Source: Lepidodermella squamata (Eukaryota; Animalia; Gastrotricha). From it: a stretch of 64,000 nucleotides of DNA. The stretch spans positions 186,001 through 250,000 of the forward strand of contig JBLDXI010000050.1 in NCBI GenBank assembly GCA_047495785.1, written 5' to 3'. Position numbers and translations under genes: made by a program. Every line of letters begins with the position of its first letter. Positions within the stretch are counted from its first letter, which is position 1. This document shows, piece after piece, positions 23,939-37,230 of the stretch. Under the pieces are notes generated by a model. It did not search any database. It saw only the letters and a program-made list of their open reading frames with translations, and was not told the DNA's origin.

Positions 23939-26049
23939 AGTACCGCAGGAAAATTCGAAAGTTAGTCTTCGTAATAGCCGCGCGCGGTATTTCACTACGA
24001 TTGGCTGGCATCAACTTTTGGGGTGATTACCGTTTGCGCGACTTATTTTGCGCGACGCGATCTGCTGGACTATTACATGGAGCGCATGCAAGATTCGTGT
24101 CGCGCAAAATCAAGTTTACTCTGGGTCGCGCAAATAGAGTCGCGCAGATGGGAGCCGTCTCAACTTTTGCGCGCGCAATTCCGCAAGTCCCAACAATTAT
24201 TCAATAAATTATAACTTCTAATCTAATATAATCGACAGTTATTTATATTGGAATGTTGGAATTTGAATGGGAATAGTTTTTACCGCTCTGTTCCATCTGC
24301 TGTAAGGATTGAGGATAAATTGAATTGCAGAAAATTGCGGGGTTTAATCGAGATTTTGCTTACTGGCCTTTATGGGCCTTTGTAAGCGCTCCTAAATGTG
24401 TTGCGCAATTGCTCGAAAAACGCCAGCCAATAAGAGCGCAATAAGAGCCAATGAAGAAACTAAGGCGGGCATGTTACCAGTCAAATTCAAATAATAGTTT
24501 ATTCCAGTAATTAATGACCAATACACCCCTCCACGAAGTCATGCTTGAAATTGGCCTGTCGATTATTCTTTTGTATTCGGTACAAAAACAAAATGGTTTT
24601 CAGAAATATTGATTGTGTTGTCAAATCAATTACATGTTCATCAATTACAGCTTTGAATGAAATAATAAAGAATAAGTAATTAGTTTCATCATTTACTCAA
24701 GTTCTAAGGGTTATTGTTATTGTTATCCAAATCGTCATAGCAGCGATTCAATGTGTTATCCGGATCGTATCGTAAAATATGACTTCTTAATGGCCGAATT
24801 ATAAACTCATAAAACTTTCTTACAAGCAGGGAATTTTTGTTATTTTCTAAACAAGCGGCGATTTTTTGATATGTTTATATCAAAAATGCCCACTAGTCTG
24901 GAAAATATCACCAAAAACCCCACTTGTCAAGCACTCAGAATAAAACCCAAAAAAGTTAAAGAAACACTCCTAAAACGATTTTATTAAGAATCACAAAAAT
25001 TGGGTGAAAATTGGGCAGCATTATGGGAGAAATAGCACACGACAGGTATCGAATCAGGCAGAATCACCCCAATCGAACAGCACTTAGTGCTCGGAAAAAT
25101 CGGGCAGAAAAATTGCAGGAATTCGCGAGAACTATGTCGCGGAGATCAAGAAACAATCGGCCAGATTTCGATGAAATCCGAGAGATCTCGGGCAGCATTT
25201 GATCCCAAGAATCGCAGCACGGCATCGCTTGCGTCTTGCGACATTGAAAGCTAGACGATACAGCGAATCGAGCGAAGTAGGCAATTCGATCAAGTCTCGT
25301 TGGGGCATTTGTGTCCATGCGTTAAAACGGCCCTGGGTCTAATATATAATTTATCTTATTAGAGGTAATTTCCTATAAAATTCTTGCCTACAAACAAGCT
25401 CGTACACCCGTGAGCGCGCAACATTCATCGGAAACAGGGGCACCTCTCCATACTCCCAATTAGGCTGATTTTGCGTAGTGTTGAATCGTTTGGCAATGTA
25501 TGTCCACAGGGTGCTGCTGCCTACTTGAGATATATCCGATCACGTGACGTTTAATTTCGAGATTCTGGCCACGTTGAAACCAGCTAATTAAGATTTGTAC
25601 TGTACCTTGTCTGAAGATTGCAAATCGCTTCAGGTCAGAGATTTTAGCATGGGCATTCATTTTAAAAGGCTTCTACTGGCATTATTTCTTTCACAAATGC
25701 CTATGCAGCGAAGCCGAGGCTACTGTGGCCCGGAATGACGCAGAAGCTCAACGTACCAGACCCCAGTCCTACAGCTATGATAGACTACGTCAACATGCTG
25801 GTATGCTGGCTGGCAGGCTGGCGATGAGTTATGTTCATTAATGTCGTCCGCAATTTTAACATCGACAAAGAATCTAACCACAATCGCCATTCGGAGGTTC
25901 CTTCGTTCCTCTAGCGCTGCTGCAGCAGCTGCTGTTGCCGATAAAAGGAAACCGCCGTCCATTTTCAGTTTTCAGCGATAGCAAAACCATCGCTCCTAAT
26001 TTCTAAATCTTGAGTATTTGCATAAAAAGTGATTAATTTCTTCACTGTT

Positions 26050-26385
26050 AATATAGTAACGCCTTGAAAAAGCCCTGGCGTCACTATTTTGTATTTTACT
26101 GACAATATACACAAAACAGTAACCCCTGGCGTTCCTAAATATTTCTGTAACGCCTTGAGCTAATTTTCTGTAAAATGAGTAACGCTTTCGTTTTGCGAAA
26201 TAATTCGTAACGCTATATTCTTTTTGAAATGGGACGAATTTTCAAATCTTTGAATTTAGTAACGCCTGTGAGAAAATTAGCAACGCGTTACGCTTTTCTT
26301 CTACGCTTCGAGCGATGCTATTTAAATTAGCTACGCGTTACCCATTTCATGCGAAAATCCATTAAATTGTCTACGCGTTATTCAA
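26050..26385. repeat. Cluster of GTAACGC/GCGTTAC motifs resembling DNA-transposon subterminal repeats
   Basis: About ten TAACGC-type motifs, with orientation switching near 26285; termini not resolved. Confidence 0.4.
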
Positions 26386-26485
26386 TATTCATTCAAATAA
26401 AAAATTTTTCAACAACGTCTCTTTATTTTGAAACAGCAGTCTTAAAACATCGTATAAAGCGAAAATTACAGAAAAAACCAACAAG

Positions 26486-27276
26486 TCACCAGCTGTCAAA
26501 GTGCAGCGTTACCCAGGTATCTAGGCTATCTGGCTCGGGCTGTACAGTTTCGAATGCCTGCTGTGGCGGCTGGCTTTCCGACCCAACAACACTGGTTCCG
26601 GGCTGATCGCAGGCTTTGGCCGGGAGTGGGGCAGCGCCGGAAATATCAGCAGTGCTGCTTCCAGCCTGACCATTGGAGATGGGCGGATCTTGAGGAGCAC
26701 CTGAGCTTGCGGCAGCATTGTTTCCAGCCTGACCATTGTAAATGGGCAGAACCTGAGCACCTGAGCTTGCGGCAGCGTTGTTTCCAGCCTGACCATTGGA
26801 AATGGGCAGAACCTGAGCACCTGAGCTAGCGGCAGCGTTGTTTCCAGCCTGATCGTTGGCGGCGGCGAGTTTGGCATCCGGTTCTTTACCCTCGTCCCGT
26901 AGCAAGGCGTACTCCTCAAACCAGATTGGGCAGAAAGGGTAGGTTTGAATTACCCTACGAGAAAAATCGATTTTATAGATTCAAATACAATGGTTGTTTC
27001 AGCTTACGATTTGGAGAAGTTTTTCAAGTATTTTTTCCGCTGTGCTTGTTCACGCCCGTTCCTAGCGTCGATAATGGGCGGGCAGTTCGCTCTGAAATTT
27101 AAGAGTAATATATTCAAGGTCCTTTCAAATCTCAAGCACAAAAAAAATGACTGCTGTTCTCTGGAAAGAGAGCGCTCATCCTGGTCATCGTTGGACTCGC
27201 CTGTTGCAAATAGTCGCGATCCAGTTTCCTGGAGCTCGGCAATTGTCGGCACGCGGCAGGGATAATTTTCGAACAT
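26486..27276 (-). CDS. Two-exon hypothetical protein (245 aa) with 20-aa tandem repeats, probably a CACTA accessory ORF; exons 27008-27276 and 26486-26954
   Basis: The GTAAG...CGTAG intron 26955-27007 joins ORF 27004-27276 in frame to ORF 26486-26905; the gene lies directly downstream of the transposase relic. Confidence 0.6.
26649..26859. repeat. Coding minisatellite, ~60-bp unit, ~3.5 copies (GQAGNNAAASSGAQVLPISN)
   Basis: Directly visible tandem repeat. Confidence 0.9.
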
Positions 27277-27342
27277 TTGTAAAATTTTAGTTTACTCAAT
27301 TACTTAATTATAAAATCCTAAAATATTGAACAAATTTTATTA

Positions 27343-27990
27343 TCAAAATACGATATCAGGCAGACACTTGGGTACCGCAAGAATTTCGAAAGATGATTCG
27401 TTCAAACTAAGCTTTTTATACACTTTCATATGCGGAAGAGTAAAAGGAATGACGAGATCTTTAGCCGCAAGTCGCTGAATAATCAAATCGGTCTTATATT
27501 TACAGATAAATGCATTGATGGTTTTGTTATATTCACTTGAAAGAATTTCAATGGCCAACTTGTTTTCAGGCAACAACTCGATGATCTTACCAAAGGTGAA
27601 TCGATTATCAGAATCACCTCCAGGAACGAGGACGAAGTTTCCAACACGGAACTCAGGCAAGATCTCAGGCAAGATCTCATTTTTTCAGGCAAGATCTCAT
27701 TTTTATAGGACATAGCCGTTTTCATTTGTAACAAGCAGGATAGAGACAGAGACATGTTTAATCGATTTTCCCACTGACGCTTTTGTACCACGTTGTAAGT
27801 GGCTTCGAATCGAATAGTTGAGTAATGGCGCGATGGGCCATAATTAATAAAACACTGAGGGAGATGAAGCAAAAAATGCGATTTGGGTATGTGATTTTTT
27901 TTTAAATACTGCTTTTTTTGGTTTCGGCCACGATTTTATACATCCGTAGATATTTATAGTCGTAAGATTGTGTTTTGGATAGTAGTAGGT
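27343..27990 (-). mobile_element. CMC/EnSpm (CACTA) transposase C-terminal relic, frameshifted
   Basis: PKSHFLLHLPQCFINYGPSRHYSTIRFEA matches the PK.H.L.H.....GP......RFE motif; continues in another frame as FRVGNFVLV...FGKIIEL; tandem CAGGCAAGATCT copies at the shift. Confidence 0.7.
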
Positions 27991-28119
27991 TCTTTCTCTA
28001 CGTGGCTTCAAGTACAATTTGTGTTTGTTCAGAAAGGATAAAATGAGAGGAGGAGGTGAAACAGGAGATCGTACGATGGAGAGGTTGTTCAGTTTTCATA
28101 TCACTATGCACATGTCTGT

Positions 28120-29290
28120 TCGGTATATTATTTGTAATAATTATTATAATTATTATATTGTTATTAGTATTATTTGTGTGTGATGACCTCACCCTACCTC
28201 GCAGGTCCCGGGGACAACTGGTCACCCAGAATCAGCCTCTGCTTACGCGAAGGTTGCGCTAGCCCAGGCTGACAACACAACCTTCGCTGAAGGAGGCATT
28301 TTAGCCCGCTCGGCAGAAACTGACCCTGCATTCCACGCGCCGGGCCCCAGAGAGCGAGTGAAGCCATACCATTTTTTTTTATAATTATTTTTCGAGCTTG
28401 AGTGATTATTCTTTTCGATCGTGTTTGTGAATGCAGTGGCGTAGTAGCGTAGTAGTATATACAAAAAAAAGGTTGGCACAGTAAAGAGAAAAAGCAGTAT
28501 ACAGCAAATTGTGGCATTTAAGTCATAAAATTAAGCATAGCAAAACAGATATAGCAGTAGTATAATACAATGAAATTATAGGTGAACATGAAGGTTATGA
28601 GTGGCAGTATTGTCGTAATTCGCATGTCAGTATTCAGTATGTATTTTGTAAATAAGGCGATCGCCAACGATAGTTTTGAGTAATATTCGCGTCATACATT
28701 TTTCTAACTTGTATTTACAAAATGTATTTACAACATGCATCAAATAATTCGCGTTCTCTTCTGTACTCAAGCTTCTAGTCGCGAGCGAATGACATCGAGT
28801 GGAGTGATAATAGATATTCTGGATGGTAAGAGAGGCTGATGTTGTAGTAAATTGCGAGCGTCAATACCCGCGTCGGTCCCCACTCGAATGGCTCGATTAA
28901 TCGTTTTGACTGTTCGTTCGATGATGCGTGCTCGAAACATGTCGATTCTGGCGTCACTGTGCAGTTGCTCTGTGCCGTAAAGCCTAGGTTTTCTCAAACA
29001 TATTTTTAGAGCTTGGTTTTGAGTGCGCTGCAAAATTTTCATGTTGTCATCAGACATGCCGATGTAGGATTCGCAGCCGTGTTCCATAGCCGATCTGATG
29101 GTGGCTTTAAAGACCGTCAGGGCTTGCCTTGTGGCCATGTTTATTCTATTGCTACACAGTCGGCGCAAACAGGTAATTCTGCCCGACACCTTATCCTGTA
29201 ATTTTTGAACATGACTGTTAAAATTTAGTTTTTTATCGAATGTTACACCAAGATAGGTTATTTCCGGGAGCCAGGGCAGCACATTACCGT
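28120..29290 (-). mobile_element. 5'-truncated non-LTR retrotransposon (LINE): RT C-terminal ORF 28767-29282, 3'UTR and (AAT)n-like tail
   Basis: YLGVTFDKKLNFNSHV and LQRTQNQALKICL motifs; AT-rich simple repeat at ~28124-28175; abuts the truncated surface-protein gene. Confidence 0.8.
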
Positions 29291-30214
29291 TAACACATTA
29301 CCGTTAACGTATAATCGTTGAACCTCTGGATAACCAGCTTATTGCCATTGCTTGTATCGTATCGAACAGCTACGTTGACTTTGTCAGAATTATTTACCGA
29401 AACTAGCCAGCCTGGTTTTGTCATTTTGAACATGAAACCAATGGAGTAAGACTGCCGCCCAGGTCCGAGGGCATCGCTAGCTTCTAGGTAACTACCGCGT
29501 GACCCATTCAATCTGTAACCGGTTCGAGTTTGATTCCCATTCGGGGTTTCAAGCCCAAGAAACCCTTGCATTTGAAAAGGGGGCACATCAGGAACTTCGG
29601 ATGTTAGATTTGTCTCGTAAGTTAACGGCCAAAACGCTTTTAGTTTCGATACGCTGCTAATTTGAGGTTGGCCGCAGGTTAGAGATCCACTAGGTAACCA
29701 TTGCCCATTAAGGCAGCTCATGTCTGAATAGAAACCATTAGCGCAAATTGGCCGAAGTACTGTATTCAATGGTTTCCAGTTGTTATTTGGTGCAGCTGGG
29801 CCACTCCAAGTTCCCAAAGCTGAACTAACCATGTTCCCAATAGCGCCATTCGCAGAACCCCCTTTGCATTGAGCCACTGATGTTCCTGCTTTAACATCAA
29901 GAGTCAAATGAATTACATGCGGTAAATTTTGCGAATTCTTACCAAAATCGTTGCAACTTTGAACTGACATCGACCACCAGCCACCATCTAAGCATTTTAT
30001 AGTTGTTGCGTTCATGGTTGAAGAGCAATTTAACAAAAGCTCGGTTCCGACTGGAAAAGTTCGATTTCCAGTTGTTGAAACTATTGGAGCTATATCGTAT
30101 TGCCATGCTGTAAAATCCCCTTAAATTGGGGTCAGTTGATGCGTTCCAGTTACACATCTCAGTTGCTGCTGCTTTGGAGGCTATAAAAACGGCTGTTAAG
30201 ATGATTAGCTTCAT
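29290..30214 (-). pseudogene. Sushi-LamG-lectin-SEA family copy 3; only the 5' part, frameshifted in exon 1 and truncated at the LINE
   Basis: Near-identical to 11995-12907; similarity ends at ~29310 with the tandem duplication ACATTACCGTTAAC. Confidence 0.85.
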
Positions 30215-31285
30215 GAAAGTCTTTCTTAACAGGTCTAAAGCGCAAAGTGGCGTGGCTTGAAATCAATCAAATGCTGCGGAGAATCGCGAGGCGAAACCTG
30301 TTTGCCATCTAATCGCAGTTGTCTGAAAAGTCTACTTGCTTTTAAATCAGAAATATCGATTCTACGTGAGGTGTTTGCACATGTCATAAGATTTCTGTAG
30401 AGTCGTTTTTTGTTCATGTTCTGATCAAATTTTCGTATCGCCAAAATCTTCAGGATGAGACAGGCGGAAGTCCCACTTCTCGCGAACTTTCCTCAGAACC
30501 TGGAAGCTTTTTTCAATGTCCACCCTCGCAACACCATGGTTTTTCAAGTGTCCAACATTCGAGTATTCGCTAAGATCGCTACTCTCCAATTCAGCTATTT
30601 TGAAACATCCTGAATTGTTATTTCCCAAAGTCACACGATGCTGAACATCAGCTGGAATTGAAATTGAACAATTGTGCAGCGAGGAAAGTAGCCCCAGGGA
30701 TGCCAGGGACGATGAGGGTGGTACCGGGGACGCGTCTCTGGTATAGGTTTGGGGTTTGGTAGTCTCAACCTTGTAGGTTGGCAAGGGGAGCGTAGTTTCA
30801 TCCCGCATGGTGATGTATTTTGCAATGTGGGGCTGTTTAATGGCGATCCTACGTGTTGGGCATGAATTAGATAAAGCTTATCGGCAGAAATCATTGGGGA
30901 TAGTCGTAGTCATCATGAGACGTACCAGGACGCGGCGGCTCACTAAAAACGCCTTTTTTGCGATGTTATTTTTTAATGAGGTCCGAAGGTCATTGTGGCT
31001 AAAAATAACCTCATTAGCCATTAGCAGCACGTGTTCACGCAAAGATGAGTTTTGCAGCGACCTAAAGATCTCGATCTTGATCTCTAAGTCTAAATTATTT
31101 ACGATATCTTACAGGGACCCGTGTCGACGTTTGCTTTCTATTCATTCGCAGCTTGCTGCTACAATCTCGCCCAGGCGCCCTCTAAAACGGGTCCCTTCAC
31201 AATAAGCTTATATGGAAATGTGGTGGCTATGGATGCCTGCGAGGCCGGCTATTAAAAAACAATGAGTGCTAGCGATATTTCCTGG

Positions 31286-31561
31286 CTAGAGGTGTATAGC
31301 TAAGAATGTTGCCGGAGCTTGGCATGTCTGGCCATTCGTTGCACACTGATTGTCGGTTTTGGCGATGCAATTCTTGGCGCTAGTATCACAGATATTACCG
31401 GACGGTGTGCAGGTTTGACCTGTGTTGCAAGCGCTGACAGGAGGGCTGGGAGATGCGGTAGAGCATGTGATGGTTGGACACGGAGTTGTTGTCGACGATG
31501 GAGGGCAAGCTGTAACAGCGGCACATGCGGCAGCAACAATAGCCAGCGCAAGGTGAGTCAT
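31286..31561 (-). CDS. Small secreted Cys/Thr/Pro-rich protein, 91 aa (C-terminus possibly degenerate)
   Basis: Hydrophobic signal peptide, ~9 Cys in the mature part, internal C..GQTC repeat and a TATAAAA box at 31639-31645 on the minus strand. Confidence 0.6.
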   Translation of the reverse strand: MTHLALAIVAAACAAVTACPPSSTTTPCPTITCSTASPSPPVSACNTGQTCTPSGNICDTSAKNCIAKTDNQCATNGQTCQAPATFLAIHL

Positions 31562-32740
31562 CTGAAGATTTGTGGATAAAACTGAATATGCTTTGTTGAA
31601 AATCGCTTAGACTACAACCGAGGTGTTATGGCTTGAGGTTTTATAGGGTGCGCGAGACAAGAGGTTAACGCCTCCATCAGTCAATTGCTCGCGTCGAGAC
31701 GATATTTTCTCCTTGATTACTACGCCTTCGTTGTCTGGTTAACTACACGTCAACACCACGTAGCCGGCAATGCTCTCTTCGCTGGTGGAGCCGATGCTCT
31801 CGTACATTGTTAACGTACACACACATTGACGTCTGCCTGTAATACGATCATAATTAAAATTGTCAGATTCACTGGTTAAAATAAACATGGGCGCCGCCAC
31901 GAAATGGCATCATGAGTATAGAGTTCGTAAACGCGTCTTATTATGTTGAAGCTGTCGCGATATTATTAATCAAGTGGGATTTAGGCGAGAGAATTGTTGG
32001 CGATAATGCCTTTTGCAATTTTTGCCGTAGAAAATGCCTATTTTTGCGAACATCTTCAATGGATTTTCTATTAAGATGACATCCTGCGGAAAGGTCTAAC
32101 TTGGCAGATATTTAGATCAATAACCCGCCGTAAACCAAGAAGTTCCATCTAGAATCAACGGACAGTATGCGGCTTTCAAAGGGTATCCTTCCCTTCCCCC
32201 TCCTCATTCCCTAGCTCGGCCAGACCGGAGAAGAAAATGAGATTTTCTCCCACTATAAAAACGACTGATAAGATGATTTGGCGAAACCGGTGGTTTTCTT
32301 GCTGTTTGCCAACCAATCAAAGTTTTGTCTGATTGCTATTAAAGTATTAAAGTATTTTAAAGTAGAAACATATATTTCTGGTGAGTTTCTATCATTATTT
32401 GTAAATTTACCATCTGTTCTCCCTATTGTCTTTTCTATCCTAGTGTTTCTGGTTTGTGAGGCAATTCCGAGCTCTGATCTGACCGTGCGGATGCCGCGGA
32501 TTCCGCGTCTTTTAATATAAGAATGAACCTGTTCGATGCAAAAAACTCCAGCGCTACGTCCCTGTTGAGTCTCCTACAATCTTCAAGGTCGAAGGCGTTC
32601 AGAAACTGTGACGCGAAGACATAGGGCTGGAGGTTAGTGAGCAAGCAGGGCATTTGCTGAATTATGGCGATTTCGTGGCTGGTTTTTGAACGACCCGTTT
32701 TCGGTGGCGCGGGATCGGTTTCATCCGGACATAGCTCGAA

Positions 32741-33306
32741 CATTATACTCCCGTTTTGCAGGTCAAAGGTCACACGTGCACACGTGATCAAAACGTGTGA
32801 TCAAAACACTAAAATTTTAGGTTGTTGCTAGTGTGGTAGTTTCGTCGTTTCGTCATTTCGTCATTTCGTCACCATGAAAAAAAAATATTAAAAAAAATGT
32901 TGTGAGCTGGAGTCGAACTATCAACCTCTGGTTTCCTGAGCTATAGCTTGAACCACTAAACCACACAGGAGACACATGGAACCCGTCTTAGAATCAATTG
33001 ATATAGGCCACAGCTAAAGCATACTTCAACAAGATAGATGCACACGATTTTAAGACAACTTGCTTGCTTAGTGGTTCCAGCACCAGCACTCGAAACCAGA
33101 CTCCAGCTCATATCATTTTTTTTATTTTTTCCAAGTTTTTTCAGTCTTTTGGAAGTTTTTCAAAGTGACGAATTGACGAAATGACGAAATGACGAAACCA
33201 CCACCAACTTAACAACAAGCAACAACTTAAAAGTTTAGTGTTTTGATCACACGTTTTGATCACGTGTGCACGTGTGACCTTTGACCTGCAAAACGGGAGT
33301 ATAATG
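32741..33306. mobile_element. Fold-back MITE with long TIRs, 2-bp AA TSD and tRNA-like sequences inside
   Basis: CATTATACTCCCGTTTTGCAGGTCAAAGGTCACACG... is mirrored at the right end (~75 bp near-perfect, longer imperfect). It interrupts a degenerate minus-strand ORF (32435-33720). Confidence 0.85.
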
Positions 33307-34325
33307 AAGTAATTTATTTAGAGTGGCTAATTGAACTTTACTCGACGAACGCCATTGGTGGGTACTCGGCGAGCATGTTTCAGCAGCTTCTGGAGAGGTG
33401 AACTCGATCCCGACGTCAACACCCTGCAAAATCGATGATTGGGCAATATGGCATACTGGCCAATTAATCGTTCTTCAAACTTTTCTAGGTTGCGGAACTG
33501 ATCTTCGACGTCATGGAGTATGACCGTACGCTTTTCCGAAATCATGCGTTTTGTATCTGCGGCGGGCTGTTGGGGCATGCCTCTCTTTTCCTTCCTGTTT
33601 GAGAAAAGGAACTGTTCGACGAAACGTTGAAGCTGTGGTCTGACTGCTACCAGTTTCGGAATTCGTGTATTCATCCACCATCATACCTGTCTCAGTAGCA
33701 ATAGCAATAGCGAAGAGCAATCGAGCCCTGATGACTGTTCGCTGTTAGATCTGGGATTAAGCGAGTAAAATCGCTTAACTCACTCGATGGCGTTTTTGTA
33801 GGAAATTCCAATTTTTGAATAAACATTATTTTTGTGTCACATCATCCTGTGGAAAGGCTCTATAGGAATTAGACTCTATAGGACTCTTAGCAGATAATCA
33901 GACATACTTAGCCAAAGTTCAATTCGGAATCAACAGAAACATTTCCTTTTCCGCCCAACGCGATCTGAAATAGCTTTTTGAAATTTCTCGATTTGGGGCA
34001 ACTGGCTGGGCCCGCAAGTTTTGGTAAATAGAGATGATTCGTGATAAAAACGGCGGCTTAGCTCCATCACCAGCTTCCCCCGATAGAGCTTGAATAGCTA
34101 GACAACAGTGATGATCAGCCCTTGCCATATCAGATGCATAAATTTCATTTTTTTGAAATGGCATTTCCGCCTGAGATTTGATTTGATTTAGGCCACTTTT
34201 TGATGATTCGATTCATGAAATAGATATTAATGTGAGTTGAATTTTATTTCATAACTTTCCAATCATATTTAAACAAAGTTAATTCCTCAATTTACAATTA
34301 ACCTAGTTTCTTAAGACAGTACTAG

Positions 34326-37230
34326 TCAGGTTTGTGTGATTAAGTTTATACACAGTATAACTAAATCCACGGCTAAACCAATACTGGAATTCGCAGTTGC
34401 TGGAGCTTTCTTCAAGTCAGTTGCCTCAACTTTCGATGGCGGGACAGTTTGTCTCGATTTAGGCCCCGATGTTGGGCCATCCATTCGCAATAAGCTAACC
34501 TGGCCCAATCGAGAAACTGCCATCTGATTGAAAAGCTGTATCGAATTGTCTTTGATGACTTGCAGAGCAATAGTAACTTTCGCGGCGATTTCCTCCTCCG
34601 TCAGCTGTGTCAAGCTGCGAAGCGCCACAATGTAATCAGCAATAATACTGCCCTTCCTAAAGCCGATAATTCGAACGTCAGACGCTGAGCCTTTGAATTC
34701 AACTGCAGTCCGATTCATCAATTCAATGATGCCGGGCAGCATGTAATTTGCCAAAGCTGTGAATGTCTCAGAATTTGCGTTATTCAGCTCAGTGTCCCAA
34801 GGATCAGTTATAATGACACGCTGACGCCCAGGAATCGTTATATTTTCACCTTTAATACTGAAATTCATGACCAACTCGTATCGAAAAGGCAGGGAAGGAA
34901 ATGGGTCCGGAGTCGTACGCGGACCTTCTGTTGTAACCGCGCACTTTGAATTCGTTGTGCTGTTGTAGACTTTGATCTGATTGAGGTAAAATGGCAGCAT
35001 AGATGGCGATAAACTGAATGGCAAAGCAGCTAAAATGCCGAATCTTATCGGATGCTGAATGCAATTGAAGTCGTTCAAAGTATGCTGCGAAGCAATCGCA
35101 GCTTTCCCACTGCTTTCGCAAGATATCGCGATGGAATTCCCGACTTTTTTACCGATATTACGTCCACATCACATGGCAATACGCTCGAGTTTTAAATCAA
35201 GCTTTCAGAAAGCTGGGATGGTTGAACCGAGGCGTAAACTTCCAGCCGTCTCGAGGCAATATACAGCACGATCGATAATCCGATGAAGTTAGTGCCGTCA
35301 ACATTGATCGGGGTATTTTTGTAGTCTCCAACGTCGAGATTAGCTGTAGCCTTATCGGCAACAAAGTAGAAGCTCAGAGCACCACCTTTTGGTTGAACTG
35401 ACACTTGGAAATCGACTCGCCAATCATTCGCAGCGTTAAGTGTCTGATTTAAAGATTAAATTGATCAAAAATAAGTTTCAGAGGATCAGAGCTCACTGTT
35501 GAAGACCAAACAGCTCCTCTCTGACCGACGTAAGCGAGCCGGGAAGTCATTCCGTTCTCGGTTATAGCTGCTGCGCCTCTCAGGTATTGCAAGTCTGAAA
35601 TTGATCGGATATTTTGAAATTTATCAAGGTTTCTAGAACAAACGAAGATTTGCAATGTTGACAGACTTTGTCGGATCGTATTGCCACGATATCTCAGGAA
35701 ATTTTTGCGTTGTAGCTAATGGAAATGAGATAGCTTGATGGGAAAACAATACAATGTAACGTCAATTTTTAAATATTTTTTTCAAATATTTTTTTTATAT
35801 TATTGTCAACATAAGCTCTGGAATTAAATGGATAAGGAATCTTCAGAGTTTCATAAGAAGAAGCTTTAATAAATTTGTGAAATTTTCAATACAACGAAGT
35901 AATGTCTTACTTCTCATGCAATGCTTGTACAATATTTCGGCTGTATCCATCTCCTTGTATGCGTTATCGAAAAGCATTAAACAAGCCACTCGAGCGTCTG
36001 GACTGCCGAGTTCATTAGGCGATCTTGACAACAAACACAAAAAATTTCAAATGCCCGAGATCAACAGAATCTGAACATCTTGTTACTGGGATTAACTTGG
36101 AAAAAATTAACAATTAACAAAAAAAGAAACCTTCTTCCGACGTAGAAAGTCGCAGGGTAATTCCTGTTGAAGGACCACGAAGAGCCGGTGGTAAAGTTGA
36201 CAGTCGTTATCGTTCCGCCAACAACGTTTGCGACGCGCTGATTGGCGTTTTCGCACGCAAGCAGCAAGAATGTCCAAGTCTCAGGATCCACAAGGTCCAC
36301 AGTGAAACTGTCGCTGGAGCCATAAATAGCCAGTTTTTTACCACTGCTTGTATCATATCGTACAGCTACGGTTACTCCGTTAGAATTTCCAGCATTGTCG
36401 ATAGTAACCAGCCAACCAGCCTTTGAAACTTTGAACATGAAACCGAGAGTGAAAGACCGCGGTCCATCGTCGAGTTTATGTAAGGCTTCTAGGTAATCAC
36501 CCTTATTGCCACTTAGTCTGAAACCAGTTTGAGTAGAATTTCCACTCGGTTTCTCAACCTCCAAAGTCCCCTGCATTTGAAACGACGGCGTCGTTGGAAC
36601 TAGCGATGCCAGATTTGTTTCGTTGGTGAGCGGCCAAAATGCCCTCAACGTAGATGGGCTAGTACTCAGAGGCTGGCCGCACGTAAGTGCAAGAGCTCCA
36701 CCTGGGAACCATTTCCCATTAAGGCAGCTAAGGTCAAAGAAGAATCCATTCGCGCAAATCGGCCGTAGAACTGTATTCGATGGTTTCAAGTCAGACGTAG
36801 CGGGAAACGGGCCATTCCAGATTCCTAATGCCGAGCTGTTGAGTAATCCTATAGCGTTATTCGCATCTCCCCGTTTGCATGACGCCGCTGTTGTCCCTGC
36901 TTTACATTGCATGGAATGACGTGAGAACAATCAAAAAATAAACCAACCAAAGCTATTGCAGGTTTCAACAGGCATCGACCAAACGCCATCACTCAGGCAT
37001 TTGATGGTAATCGAGTTCTTTGTTGAAGTGCAGTTCAGCATCAGCTCATTGCCAACTGAGAAAGTTCGATTTCTTGATGTATCAAATGTGTCGAAATCAA
37101 ATCGTACAGCCATGCTATAGAATCCATTTAGATTACTATCGCTTGACGCGTTCCATTTACATAACTCGATCGGGGCTGTTTTGGAGGCAAGCGAAACAAT
37201 TGTTAACAAAAACAGTACAAGGCGATTCAT
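34326..37230 (-). pseudogene. Sushi-LamG-lectin-SEA family copy 4 (duplicate of copy 2), pseudogene
   Basis: Highly similar to 13341-16223, but has TCA>TAA at 35192-35194 and a 1-nt deletion near 35148 in the last exon. Confidence 0.85.

Noticed and set aside
26649-26859. Regular repeats as a CRISPR array
   Set aside because: No unique spacers; it is an in-frame coding minisatellite in a eukaryotic context.
28180-28365. HDV-like ribozyme in the GC-rich LINE 3' region
   Set aside because: A CCT-ACCTCGC-AGG core-like stretch exists, but I could not build P1 and P2; an Infernal/RNArobo search would be needed.
30425-31205. Protein-coding gene
   Set aside because: The minus-strand frame has internal stops and no recognisable domain; at most an unidentifiable relic.
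32900-32970. Functional tRNA gene
   Set aside because: A and B boxes are present but the acceptor and anticodon stems pair poorly, and it lies inside a fold-back element.
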